A stretch of DNA of 64,000 nucleotides. Origin: Polyangiaceae bacterium. Lineage in GTDB: Bacteria > Myxococcota_A > Polyangia > Polyangiales > Polyangiaceae. The number at the start of each line of letters is the position of its first letter. The first letter of the stretch is position 1. The stretch lies in contig JAXLYM010000003.1 in NCBI GenBank assembly GCA_046351455.1, positions 216,364 to 280,363 on the forward strand, written 5' to 3'. Below are positions 37,071 through 46,373 of this stretch, piece by piece. The position numbers and the translations under genes were made by a program. The notes under the pieces are model-generated. The model ran no database searches, had not been told where the DNA came from, and saw only the letters and a list, made by a program, of their open reading frames with translations.

Positions 37071-37215
37071 TTCACATCCTGCAACAGTCCATTGTCAACG
37101 GCGCGGATTGTTTCACCGCCGTCGGAGCGCATATTCGGGCTCGGAGCGGCGATGACCGCCGTCTCCAAAGGAACGGCTCGAGGCCAATCTCGGCCTCCGA
37201 TCTGGAGAGAATGCC

Positions 37216-37836
37216 ATGGACCGTCCGTTGACCTATTCCAGCGACGTGGCCTTCACCCCCACGGTGAAGGCGGTGCAGGCGCGCCTTGGTTCGCGCGAGG
37301 CCTACGCGCGGATGGAGGCTCGCGGCGGGTGGCAGACAGCCATCGACGACTCGCTGTCGGACTTCATCGCGGGGCAGCGGAGCTTCTACCTCGCGACCGC
37401 GACGGCGGACGGCCAGCCGTACATCCAGCATCGAGGGGGACCGCCGGGGTTCTTGAAGGTGCTCGGCCCGCGGACGCTCGCCTTCGCGGACCTCCGGGGA
37501 AACAGACAGTACATCAGCGTCGGCAACCTCTCCGAGAACCCCAAAGTGCACCTGTTCCTGATGGACTATCAGGAGCGCGCGCGGGTGAAGATCTGGGGCG
37601 AAGCGCGCGTGATCGAGGACGACGCGGCGCTCCTCTCTTCGCTCGTGCCGGCGGGTTCGAGCGGTCGCCCGGAGCGGGCGTTCGTGATTGACGTGGTCGC
37701 GTGGGACGCCAACTGCCCGCAACACATCCCGCGCCGCTTCGAGGAGGAGGACGTCGCACGCCTGCTAGCCGTGCGGGACGCGAGGATCGCCGACCTCGAA
37801 GCGCAGCTCGCCGCCTCCCGAGCCCGGTCCACGTGA
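37216..37836 (+). CDS. pyridoxamine 5'-phosphate oxidase-like FMN-binding split-barrel protein
   Basis: GQRSFYLATATADGQPYIQHRGGPPGFLKV...RGNRQYISVGNLSENPKVHLFLMDY is typical of PNPOx-like/general stress protein 26 folds. Confidence 0.7.
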   Translation: MDRPLTYSSDVAFTPTVKAVQARLGSREAYARMEARGGWQTAIDDSLSDFIAGQRSFYLATATADGQPYIQHRGGPPGFLKVLGPRTLAFADLRGNRQYISVGNLSENPKVHLFLMDYQERARVKIWGEARVIEDDAALLSSLVPAGSSGRPERAFVIDVVAWDANCPQHIPRRFEEEDVARLLAVRDARIADLEAQLAASRARST

Positions 37837-37858
37837 GGGTTCGTCGGTATTGGGGTGG

Positions 37859-37908
37859 GACTTACAAGGGGGCTCCGCTGGCTCCGCCCCCTCGTATCAC
37901 TCCCCCGC
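37859..37908 (+). repeat. copy 3 of the GC-hairpin repeat family (12-nt loop), 23 nt after the PNPOx-like stop
   Basis: The sequence is gacttacaagggggctccgctggctccgccccctcgtatcactcccccg. Confidence 0.8.
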
Positions 37909-37917
37909 CGCGGGCGC

Positions 37918-38973
37918 CTAGGAACGGGCTGTCTCTCTCGCGTATCTGCCCAGTCGAATGACGTCCACCAACACCTGTGATCCGCTCGTGCGGACATAGG
38001 CCTCGAAGGCGTTCTGAGCGCCAGTCTTCACCTTGCGGGCGAAGGCCGTGTCCACTGTCCAGACAGCCACTTCCTTCGACGCGGCGCCGAGCTGGGTGAC
38101 GACCTTCGCGCACATTTCCCCGTCGGCGGCGGAGTCCGAGGCGAGGCGCGCCACCACACTGGCACCCAGGAAATAGACCAGCTCCGGATCCCGGGGGACC
38201 GTGGCCTTTCCTGCGGCGAGGGCCTCCAGCGTGGGGGCTTCGAGGGCGCGCTTCGCGAAGGCGGAGAACTCGGCGCCGGCGCGATCGCCCACGGATCCTG
38301 CGGCGAGCGCGGCCCACAGGTGCTCTCCGACGGCGTGCAGCGCGTCCGACAGCATGTGCCAGGCGCGCGGCGTCGGATAGGCCGGAGTCGCGTCCGAGGG
38401 CGGCGGCTCGAACAGCCGATCCGGCCGCGCGCGCACGAACGCGAGCACCAGCGCGTGAACACCGTGGTTGGCGCCCCACGCGAGCCAGGCGTCCGCGTCC
38501 GGCGCGAGCGCGATGTGCACCATGCGATTCGCGAGCGCGGTCGCCATCGGCCGGACGAGGGCCCGATCCTCCACCCGATTGCCGGCCCCGACGACGCGCG
38601 ACCCGGCCGGAAGCACGTAGTCGCCGAGCCGCCGATCCAGGATGAGCGAATAGAACGCCTTCTGCACGTCGGGCACGGCGCTGTTCAGCTCGTCGATGAA
38701 CAGCAGGAACGGCTCGGATCGAAGGATGGCGCGCGGCGGACAGAACTCCGTCGCGAACGAGTCCCCGAGCGCGCGGATGCGCGGCACGCCGATGAGATCC
38801 TCCGGCGCGATCTGCGTCCCGAGCAGCGTCACGCACGGCAGCTCCAGGAGATCCGCCGCGTCGCGCACGAGCGCGCTCTTGCCGATCCCGGGCGGCCCCC
38901 AGATGAACGGCGTGCGCTCCGCCGGCAGAGAAATGAGCAGCTCGACGAGCTCGGTGGGCGTGAGAGAGAGCAT
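37918..38973 (-). CDS. MoxR-like AAA+ ATPase (AAA_5/CbbQ/NirQ/GvpN type)
   Basis: It starts MLSLTPTELVELL. Walker A is IWGPPGIGKSAL, Walker B is LLFIDELNSAVPDVQ, and sensor-1 is AGNRVEDRAL. The listed ORF 37918..39708 runs far upstream into the recQ 3' region in another frame. Confidence 0.8.
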   Translation of the reverse strand: MLSLTPTELVELLISLPAERTPFIWGPPGIGKSALVRDAADLLELPCVTLLGTQIAPEDLIGVPRIRALGDSFATEFCPPRAILRSEPFLLFIDELNSAVPDVQKAFYSLILDRRLGDYVLPAGSRVVGAGNRVEDRALVRPMATALANRMVHIALAPDADAWLAWGANHGVHALVLAFVRARPDRLFEPPPSDATPAYPTPRAWHMLSDALHAVGEHLWAALAAGSVGDRAGAEFSAFAKRALEAPTLEALAAGKATVPRDPELVYFLGASVVARLASDSAADGEMCAKVVTQLGAASKEVAVWTVDTAFARKVKTGAQNAFEAYVRTSGSQVLVDVIRLGRYARETARS

Positions 38974-39002
38974 GCGGGCCGTCCTTATAGCAGGTCGCGC
39001 CC

Positions 39003-40967
39003 TCACGCCGGGATGGCCTGCACACGGGACACGCTCGGGGGCGGGTCGACGTGGGCGCGGATCTCCTCCAAGAAGGCGGGGCCCAGGTCCAGAAGGCGCC
39101 TCTCCCCGACGCCGCGGATTCGGCGGAACGACTCCGGATCCGTGGGGCGAAGCGTAGCCATCTCTCGCAACGAGACGTCGCCGAAGATGACGTACGCCGG
39201 GACGTCGCGCTCGTCCGCGATCGCTCGACGCAGCTTGCGGAGCCGCTCGAACAACTCCTCGTCGAAGGAGGACGCGTCCGGTGAAGACGGCTCGGAAGGA
39301 GCCTTTTCGCTCGCGGCGACGGACGGGCGCGACGGGGCGAGGGGGCGCGTCAGCGGGATGGGGGTGCGCTTCGACAAGGCCTCTCGGCCCGCGGGGGTCA
39401 CCTCGAGGACGTTGAAGCCGCCGTGATCGTCCATGCGCAAGAGGCCGAGTCGCAACAGCTCGCGGCCGATCGCCAGCCACTCGGCGCGCGGGCGCTCCTT
39501 GCCGATCCCGTACGTCGACAGGCCCTCGTGGCCGAGGCGGTGGATCTTCTCGCTGTCCGCGCCGCACAGCACCGCGGCCACGTGCGTGAGGCCCATCGAG
39601 ATTCCGCTCCTCTGTTGAATACGCAGGACACAGCTCATCAGCTTCTGCGCCTCGATCGTGCCGTCGTACACCTCGCGCGGTGAGAGGCAGTTGTCGCACC
39701 CGCGACACGGGGTCTCCGCGCGGGATTCGCCGAAATACGCGAGCAACGCGCGGCGGCGGCAGCTCCCGGACTCGGCGAAGGACACCATCTCTCGGAGCTT
39801 CTTTCGGGCGCGCGCGCGGTCCTCGTCATCCGGCTTCTGGTCGATCAAGCGGGCCTGTTTGACGGCGTCGCCCGGCGCGAAGAAGAGCACCACCTCGGCC
39901 GGCTGTCCGTCGCGCCCCGCCCGGCCCGTCTCCTGGTAATAACTCTCGATGTCGCCCGGCAGATCGTGGTGGATCACGAACCGCACATCGGGCTTGTTGA
40001 TGCCCATCCCGAAGGCGACCGTCGCGCACACCACGCGCACCGCGTCGCGCCGAAAGGCCTCCTGCGTCTGCGCGCGGCGGGACGGCTCCAGACCTGCGTG
40101 GTACGGCGCCGCATTGACGTGCTCGCGGCGGAGGCGCTCGGCGAGCTTCTCGGCCCCTCTTCGGCTGTGCGCGTACACGATGCCGGGCTCGCCCGCGTGG
40201 CGCTTGCAAATCGCGAGGATCTTGTCGAATGCGGATGTCCGCGGCTCCACCCGATAGAGCAGGTTCGGGCGGTCGAAGCTCGCGACATAGCACTTCGGAT
40301 CGCGGAGGCGCAGGCTCGCGAGGATGTCGGCCTGCACGCGCTCGGTCGCGGTCGCGGAGAGGGCCATCACCGGCGCCTCCGGGAAGAGGCGGCGAAGATC
40401 GGCGATCCGTCGATACTCCGGCCGGAAATCATGGCCCCACTGGCTGATGCAATGCGCCTCGTCCACCGCGAGGAACCGCACGTCGAACGCCTTCAGCGAC
40501 GCCAGGAACCCGGGCAAGAGGAGCCTCTCGGGCGCGACATAGAGGAGCGAATACCGCCCCTCGAAGAGGCCGCGCATGCGCCGCCGCGACTCTTCGTGAT
40601 CGAGCGTGGAGCTCAGGAACGTGGCCGGAATCCCCATCACGGTGAGCGAGTCGACCTGGTCCTTCATCAGCGCGATGAGCGGCGACACCACGATGGAGAG
40701 GCCCTTTCGCACGACGGCGGGGAGCTGGAAACAGAGGCTCTTTCCGCCGCCCGTGGGCAGGATCGCCAGCACGTCGCGCCCCGAGAGCGCGTCCTTGATG
40801 ATGTCCTCTTGCAAGGGACGGAACGAGCGAAAGCCGAAGTGCCTCTCCAGGAGCGAGAGGAGCGCGGCAGTGTCGGGGACGGCCTCTCTCTTCCCAGATG
40901 CGGAGTCGCGCCGGGGAGCAGAGGGCCTTTCGGAGGAGGAGCGGACGGTGGTCGGTGCTTCGAGCAT
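39003..40967 (-). CDS. recQ: ATP-dependent DNA helicase RecQ (helicase + RQC + HRDC)
   Basis: Motifs are FRPLQEDII, ILPTGGGKSLCFQLPA, the DEAH box VDEAHCISQWGHDFRPEY, the Zn-binding Cys cluster CRRRALLAYFGE...CRGCDNC, and a C-terminal HRDC-like segment. Confidence 0.9.
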   Translation of the reverse strand: MLEAPTTVRSSSERPSAPRRDSASGKREAVPDTAALLSLLERHFGFRSFRPLQEDIIKDALSGRDVLAILPTGGGKSLCFQLPAVVRKGLSIVVSPLIALMKDQVDSLTVMGIPATFLSSTLDHEESRRRMRGLFEGRYSLLYVAPERLLLPGFLASLKAFDVRFLAVDEAHCISQWGHDFRPEYRRIADLRRLFPEAPVMALSATATERVQADILASLRLRDPKCYVASFDRPNLLYRVEPRTSAFDKILAICKRHAGEPGIVYAHSRRGAEKLAERLRREHVNAAPYHAGLEPSRRAQTQEAFRRDAVRVVCATVAFGMGINKPDVRFVIHHDLPGDIESYYQETGRAGRDGQPAEVVLFFAPGDAVKQARLIDQKPDDEDRARARKKLREMVSFAESGSCRRRALLAYFGESRAETPCRGCDNCLSPREVYDGTIEAQKLMSCVLRIQQRSGISMGLTHVAAVLCGADSEKIHRLGHEGLSTYGIGKERPRAEWLAIGRELLRLGLLRMDDHGGFNVLEVTPAGREALSKRTPIPLTRPLAPSRPSVAASEKAPSEPSSPDASSFDEELFERLRKLRRAIADERDVPAYVIFGDVSLREMATLRPTDPESFRRIRGVGERRLLDLGPAFLEEIRAHVDPPPSVSRVQAIPA

Positions 40968-41131
40968 GCCCCCTTATTTGCGAGCGGTGTGCCGCTCCGA
41001 AATGGCTTTTTTTGTAGGACCTGCGATCCGAAATAGGTGTCGGCCCGACACCCCCGACATGGCGGCCGACACCCTCGGGACGACGATCCGCGCTTGACGC
41101 CGCGCCCTCGGCGGCCCATCTCCCGGGACCC

Positions 41132-42364
41132 ATGGCCTCCGACGAGACTCCCCCGCACGACTTCGCCCCGTATCGCCTCCTCTGCGAGATCTTGCAGAGC
41201 TTCCCCGCGCGGCTCGCCGGCAGCCCGGAGGAGCGCGGCGCGCAGGAGCGGCTCGCGAAGGCCTTCGAAGAGATCGGCGGAGAGCCCACGTGGCACCCGT
41301 TCGACTGGCCCCCTCACCTGTACGGCGGCCTCGCGCTCAACTTCGGTGTCGGCGTCCTCGGCGCCGTCGTGGCGAAGCGATCTCCCACCCTCGGGCTCAC
41401 GCTCGGCCTGGTCTCCACCGCGAGCGCCGTCAGCGAGCTGACCCGCCGCGGCCTCATGCTGCGGCGACTGCAGGGAAAGCGCGCGTCCCAGAATCTGATG
41501 GTGACGTTCCGCCCGCCGGGGGAGGCCGGGATGGAGCCAGTCCGTCGCCTCGTCCTCCTCGCGCACGCGGACAGCGCGTACACCGGGGTCATCTTCAATC
41601 CGAAGGTCATCCGCGCGTCGCTGCGTCCCCCGCCGGAGCCGCTCTCGTGGCTGAAGAAGCAGCTCCGCCTCCCGACCGCGAGCCTCGCGGGCCTCGCAGC
41701 CCTCGCCGCCGCCCGCGTCGCCGGCGCGAACGCCCCGTGGATCGATGTCGCGACCGGCGTGCTCGCGATCCCGCCCGCGATCGTGGCCGCCCTCAACACC
41801 GAGGTGCTGATTCGCAATCACGTGGTGCCCGGCGCCGCGGACAACGTGACCGGGTGCGTCTCCGTCGTGGAGCTGTGCCGCCGCCTCGTGCCGGTGCTTC
41901 CGGCGCGGACGGAGCTCGTCGCGGTGATCACCGGAAGTGAGGAGTCGGGCACCGGCGGCGCCTTCCGCCTCGCGGAGAAGATGGAAGGCCGCTGGGACAA
42001 ACAGACCACCACCGTGCTCGCGATCGACACGATGACGAACGGCGATCTCTGCGTATTGGAAGAGGGCGAATTGTGGCGCCACCCCGTCCCGGAGCGCCTC
42101 CGCGCGGCCATTCAATCCACGAGCGCGGAGCCCGGAATGCCGAACGTCCGCGAGTACCCGATCCCGGCCGGCGCGACCGACGCGCTGCCGTTCCTGGTGC
42201 GCGGGTTCGCCGCGGCGGGCCTCTCCAGCATCGATCCGGACATCGGCGCCCCCCGCAACTACCACCATCCGACCGACACGGCGGAGAACGTGGACCCGGC
42301 GGAGCTGCGCCGCTCGCTCGATTTCTCGGAGCGGCTCTGCCTCCGGATCCTGGACGGGCACTGA
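41132..42364 (+). CDS. M28-family Zn aminopeptidase
   Basis: HADSAY (H/D zinc ligands), GAADNVTG and GSEESG (the EE pair), and a C-terminal H. This is the typical M28 arrangement. Confidence 0.8.
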   Translation: MASDETPPHDFAPYRLLCEILQSFPARLAGSPEERGAQERLAKAFEEIGGEPTWHPFDWPPHLYGGLALNFGVGVLGAVVAKRSPTLGLTLGLVSTASAVSELTRRGLMLRRLQGKRASQNLMVTFRPPGEAGMEPVRRLVLLAHADSAYTGVIFNPKVIRASLRPPPEPLSWLKKQLRLPTASLAGLAALAAARVAGANAPWIDVATGVLAIPPAIVAALNTEVLIRNHVVPGAADNVTGCVSVVELCRRLVPVLPARTELVAVITGSEESGTGGAFRLAEKMEGRWDKQTTTVLAIDTMTNGDLCVLEEGELWRHPVPERLRAAIQSTSAEPGMPNVREYPIPAGATDALPFLVRGFAAAGLSSIDPDIGAPRNYHHPTDTAENVDPAELRRSLDFSERLCLRILDGH

Positions 42365-42404
42365 CGTCGAGCGGCCCGCGGGATCCGCCGAGATCCGCCG
42401 CGGA

Positions 42405-43289
42405 TCAGTTCGTGGCCGCCTGTCCGTCGCAGGCGGCGCCGCCGTCCACGCACACGTTCAGCTTGCACGCGCCGCTGCAACACTCTTCATCCACCAGGCA
42501 CGGAGTCCCGTCCGACTGGCGACACCGGCCGTCCTTGCACGACTGGCTCGCACAATCCCACGCGGCGTTGCAAGGGTAGCCGTTCCCGGCGAGGTTCGTA
42601 CAACCGTCCTCCGGCGTGAGGCACACCTGGTTCTCCGGACAGCCGGGGTGCCGCGCGCCGACGGGCACCGGCATGCAACTGCCGGCCTTCCCGGGGAGAT
42701 CGCACGCGAAGCAGGTGCCCTTGCACGTGCTCTCGCAGCACGCGCCGTTCGCGCAGAACCCCGTCGCGCAGTCCGTCGCGTCGAAGCACGGCTCGCCGAG
42801 CAGGCGCTTGCAAGAGCCCCCTTTGCACAGCCCCTTCGCGTCGTCGCACGGCGTCCCGTCGGGAACCGCCACATGGAGTATTCCTCCGTCGGTGGCGCAC
42901 TCGTCCCGCGTGCAGTCGTTCGAGTCGTCGTCGGGGTCGTCCAGGTCCGGCTGCGAGGCGACGGCGCCGGACAGACACACCACCTTGCGACAATCCCCGG
43001 TCGTCTGGAGCCCGTCGACGAGCATCCCGTCCGGCCGGTTTCCCATATTGCAGACGCCCTCTCCGCACCGCGAGATGACGCACGGATCGCTGGATTGCGG
43101 GCACATCTCGTCGTTGACGCAGGCCGGGCAGGCCGGCCCGTCCTCGCAGCCGCAGGAGGCGGTGCACGGCGTATCGCTCGTGCGCGCGGCGCTGCCGAAC
43201 ACACCGCTATCTTCGGCCCGGCACGCCGAGACGCACAGGGCCACAGCGACGAGAGACACCACGAGACCGAGGGCAGAACGAGCGCTCAC
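42405..43289 (-). CDS. Cys-rich secreted lipoprotein, GTG start
   Basis: GTG, then SARSALGLVVSLVAVALCVSAC (a lipobox). About 40 Cys in EGF/defensin-like spacing. The listed ORF starts 26 codons earlier. Confidence 0.5.
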   Translation of the reverse strand: MSARSALGLVVSLVAVALCVSACRAEDSGVFGSAARTSDTPCTASCGCEDGPACPACVNDEMCPQSSDPCVISRCGEGVCNMGNRPDGMLVDGLQTTGDCRKVVCLSGAVASQPDLDDPDDDSNDCTRDECATDGGILHVAVPDGTPCDDAKGLCKGGSCKRLLGEPCFDATDCATGFCANGACCESTCKGTCFACDLPGKAGSCMPVPVGARHPGCPENQVCLTPEDGCTNLAGNGYPCNAAWDCASQSCKDGRCRQSDGTPCLVDEECCSGACKLNVCVDGGAACDGQAATN

Positions 43290-43435
43290 GAAATCCCCTC
43301 CTCGACCGCGCCGCGCACCCGCACGGCGTCGCGAGAGCGTAGCACGGCGCCCGCTCGGAGCCGGCAAAACGCGGCCCTCCGCGCTCCCACGAAATGGCGC
43401 TGTTCACCGGCCCGCCGCCCTGCAATGATCACCGA

Positions 43436-44413
43436 ATGGCAGCTTCGATCTTCTCTTTTCGGTGGGCGATTCGAGGCGTGGGTCTCGCGGCGGCGTGCGG
43501 CGCGCTCGTCGCCTGCAGCGCCAATCACACCAGCAGCGGCGTGGACGGCGGCGGCGGCGCGGCCGGCGCCACCGGCGGATCGACCGGCGGCAGCGTCGCG
43601 GGCGCGGGCGGCGGCATCGGCGGCGCGGGCGGCGGCATCGGCGGAGGCATCGACACCGGCGGCGCGGCCGGCGGCCCTTCGGGGTGCGACGACGCGACGA
43701 AGGGCAATATCTACATCCTGGGCCAAGACAAGCAGTTTGCGAAGTTCGATCCGCAGACGTCCGCCTTCAACGTGATGGGCACGCTCAACTGCCCCGGTGA
43801 GGACTTCCAGTCCACGTTCTCGATGTCGGTCGACCGGCAGGGCATCGCGTGGGTCCTCTTCCAGGACGGCCAGATTTACCACGTCGACACGAAGACACTG
43901 GCCTGCACGCCGACGAGCTTCCTCGCCTGCCAATCGAATTTCTGCACCTTCGGCATGGGCTTCGTCGCCGACGCGCCCGGCTCGGACCAGGAGACGCTGT
44001 ACGTCTCCGGTGTGTACAACTTGTCACCTGGACAGGGCCTCGCGAAGATCGACGCGAGCACGCTCCAGCTCGTCCCGATCAAGGACTACGACACGCTCGC
44101 CGGCAAGGGCGCGGAGCTCACCGGCACGGGGGACGCGCGGCTCTTCGGCTATTTCCAGGACACGCCGATCCACCTCGCGGAGATCGACAAGACGTCGGCG
44201 CACATCCTCACGTCGACGGATCTGCTCGAGATCCCGGTCGGCACGTCGTGGGCGTTCGCCTTCTGGGGCGGCTCGTTCTACATCATGAGCGGCACCGGCA
44301 TCCGCAAGTACGATCCGGCCGCGGGCACGACCACGTTGATCAACGGCAACGTCGGGTTCAACATCGTCGGCGCCGGAGTCTCCACGTGCGCCCCGACCGA
44401 AGAGCCCAAGTAA
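43436..44413 (+). CDS. secreted lipoprotein, hypothetical, with a Gly-rich linker
   Basis: It starts MAASIFSFRWAIRGVGLAAACGALVACSA (a lipobox), then a (GGxGG)n linker. The C-terminal domain is unknown. Confidence 0.5.
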   Translation: MAASIFSFRWAIRGVGLAAACGALVACSANHTSSGVDGGGGAAGATGGSTGGSVAGAGGGIGGAGGGIGGGIDTGGAAGGPSGCDDATKGNIYILGQDKQFAKFDPQTSAFNVMGTLNCPGEDFQSTFSMSVDRQGIAWVLFQDGQIYHVDTKTLACTPTSFLACQSNFCTFGMGFVADAPGSDQETLYVSGVYNLSPGQGLAKIDASTLQLVPIKDYDTLAGKGAELTGTGDARLFGYFQDTPIHLAEIDKTSAHILTSTDLLEIPVGTSWAFAFWGGSFYIMSGTGIRKYDPAAGTTTLINGNVGFNIVGAGVSTCAPTEEPK

Positions 44414-45618
44414 CGATCCGCCTCGGTTTCGCGGCGCTCGCGGCGCTCACTGGCGCTTGCGGGCATCGCGCCGACTCCGGATCACCGGGCGGCCCCGACA
44501 CGACCGCTCCGGCGAGCGTGGCAGTCACCGGCGCGACGTCCGCGGAGGCCGCGACATCCGCCGTCGCGACCTCCACGGAGGGCCCGGCGCTCACCGCGGA
44601 CTCCCCACCTCCGAAAGACCACGTCACGTTGATCGCGGGCGGCGACGTGTGCCTCGGCCGGTCGATCGGACAGGCGCTCTTGAAGGACCCCGCCTTCGAT
44701 CCCTTCGAGTCGGTGAAGCGCCTCCTCTCCACGGCCGATCTGCGCTTCGTCAACCTGGAGAGCCAGCTCAGCGATCAGAAGGGAGAGACCCAGTCTCCCA
44801 CGATGAAGCTCAAGTTCACGGGCCCGCCGTCCGGCGCGGACGCGCTCGCCCGCGCGCACATCGACGTCGTCTCCGCCGCGAACAACCACATGTGGGATTA
44901 CGGCAAGGACGCCTTCTTCGCGACCCTCGACAACCTCGATCGCGCGAAGGTGCGCTACGCCGGCGCCGGCCGCACGCGCGAAGAGGCCTATTCGCCCGCG
45001 ATCCTCACGTCCGGCGGCCTCCGCGTGGCCTTCGTCGCGTTCACCGGCATCTGGAACCAGGGCGATCTCGCGTACCACGAGGCCAAAGACCACGTCGCGC
45101 GCGCGTCGCGAGAGGCCGTGATCGCGGCCGTGAAGGCGGCCCGAGCGACGCCCGGCGTCGACTTCGTGGTGGTCAGTTACCACGGAGGCGAAGAGTACGT
45201 CTCGGTCCCTCTGCAGCTCGCGATCGACCTGCACCACGCGGCGATCGACGCGGGCGCGGACGCGGTGCTCGGCCACCACCCCCACGTCACGCAGGGCATC
45301 GAGATCTACCGCGGAAAGCCCATCTTCTACAGCCTCGGCAACTTCCTCATGCGCACGCACGGCACCCACACCGAGACGGAGATTGCCCACCTCGCGCGCC
45401 TCACGTTCCACAAAAAAGAGGGCGTTTCGGCCTGGATTTGCCCGTACCGCATCACCGGCCTCGTGCCGCACGCGGTGCTCCTCGCGGACGAGACGCGCCG
45501 GGATCTCGCGGAGAGGATCTTCCGACAACGCGTGCGCGTCATCCAGGGATCCATCGTATCCTCGGCGAAAATAGCCTCGACGGAAGAAGACGGGTGCGCA
45601 AAGGTGACCGGGCCGTAG
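44385..45618 (+). CDS. CapA/PGA_cap-family metallophosphatase-like lipoprotein (capsule poly-gamma-glutamate biosynthesis CapA-like)
   Basis: A GTG start gives VRPDRRAQVTIRLGFAALAALTGACG (a lipobox). VTLIAGGDVCLGR...RFVNLESQLS...VDVVSAANNHMWDYG...GHHPHVTQGIE is the CapA signature. The listed ORF 43849..45618 has an artefactual N-terminus. Confidence 0.7.
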
Positions 45619-45749
45619 TCGCGGAGACCTTCGCTGGACGGGCCTGTCGGGACGTGGCAGTTCGCCCGCCCCCCGTTGAACGTCGATTTCACCGCCCGAT
45701 GGGTGATCCCCTGTTGCGCGGTCACGACACCTTCGGATAGGAAAGAACC

Positions 45750-46310
45750 ATGCGAGCCCTGGCCACCCTCTCGGGTACTCTACTTGCCGCATCCGCGCTG
45801 CTCCTCGCGAACGAGGCGAGCGCGCAGCTCATCATCAAGAACCCGTCGGATCACCCGGATTTCCGCGCCGAGCTGGAGCCGCACGGCGTGCTCGTTCCGT
45901 GGGGTGACTCGTTCGGATACGGCCGTTACTACGGCTACAACGGCCACGCGATCGGCGCCGGCGTCGGCTTCCGCGCGACGATCAAGGTCGCCGATCCGGT
46001 GATTCCCCGCCTCAACAACACGATCGGCATCACCTTCGGCCTCGACATCACGAACTGCGACTATTGCTATAACCGAGAGCGCTTCTCGTTCTGGACGCCG
46101 GTGGGCGCGCAGTGGACCTTCTTCTTGACGCGCCAGTGGAGCGTGTTCGGTGAGCCGGGCCTCATCATCTTCTCGGACGGCTTCTACCGCAACGCCTGGG
46201 TCGACCCGATGTTCGAGGTCGGCGGCCGCTGGCACTTCAAGGACAAGATCACGCTCACCATGCGAGTCGGCTATCCGTTCGTGACAGTCGGCGTCAGCTT
46301 CTTCATTTAG
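45750..46310 (+). CDS. small secreted protein, probable outer-membrane beta-barrel
   Basis: The signal peptide is MRALATLSGTLLAASALLLANEASAQ. It has alternating aromatic/hydrophobic strands and a C-terminal GVSFFI. Confidence 0.45.
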   Translation: MRALATLSGTLLAASALLLANEASAQLIIKNPSDHPDFRAELEPHGVLVPWGDSFGYGRYYGYNGHAIGAGVGFRATIKVADPVIPRLNNTIGITFGLDITNCDYCYNRERFSFWTPVGAQWTFFLTRQWSVFGEPGLIIFSDGFYRNAWVDPMFEVGGRWHFKDKITLTMRVGYPFVTVGVSFFI

Positions 46311-46373
46311 CCCCGCCCCCGCGCTCCGCACGAAGTGGAGCGACACGGCTCGCAAACCTACTAGCGGGCCGCT

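Noticed and set aside
40667-42361. 564-aa minus-strand ORF, and ORF 39966..41036 on the plus strand
   Set aside because: They are antisense to the M28 peptidase and RecQ genes respectively.
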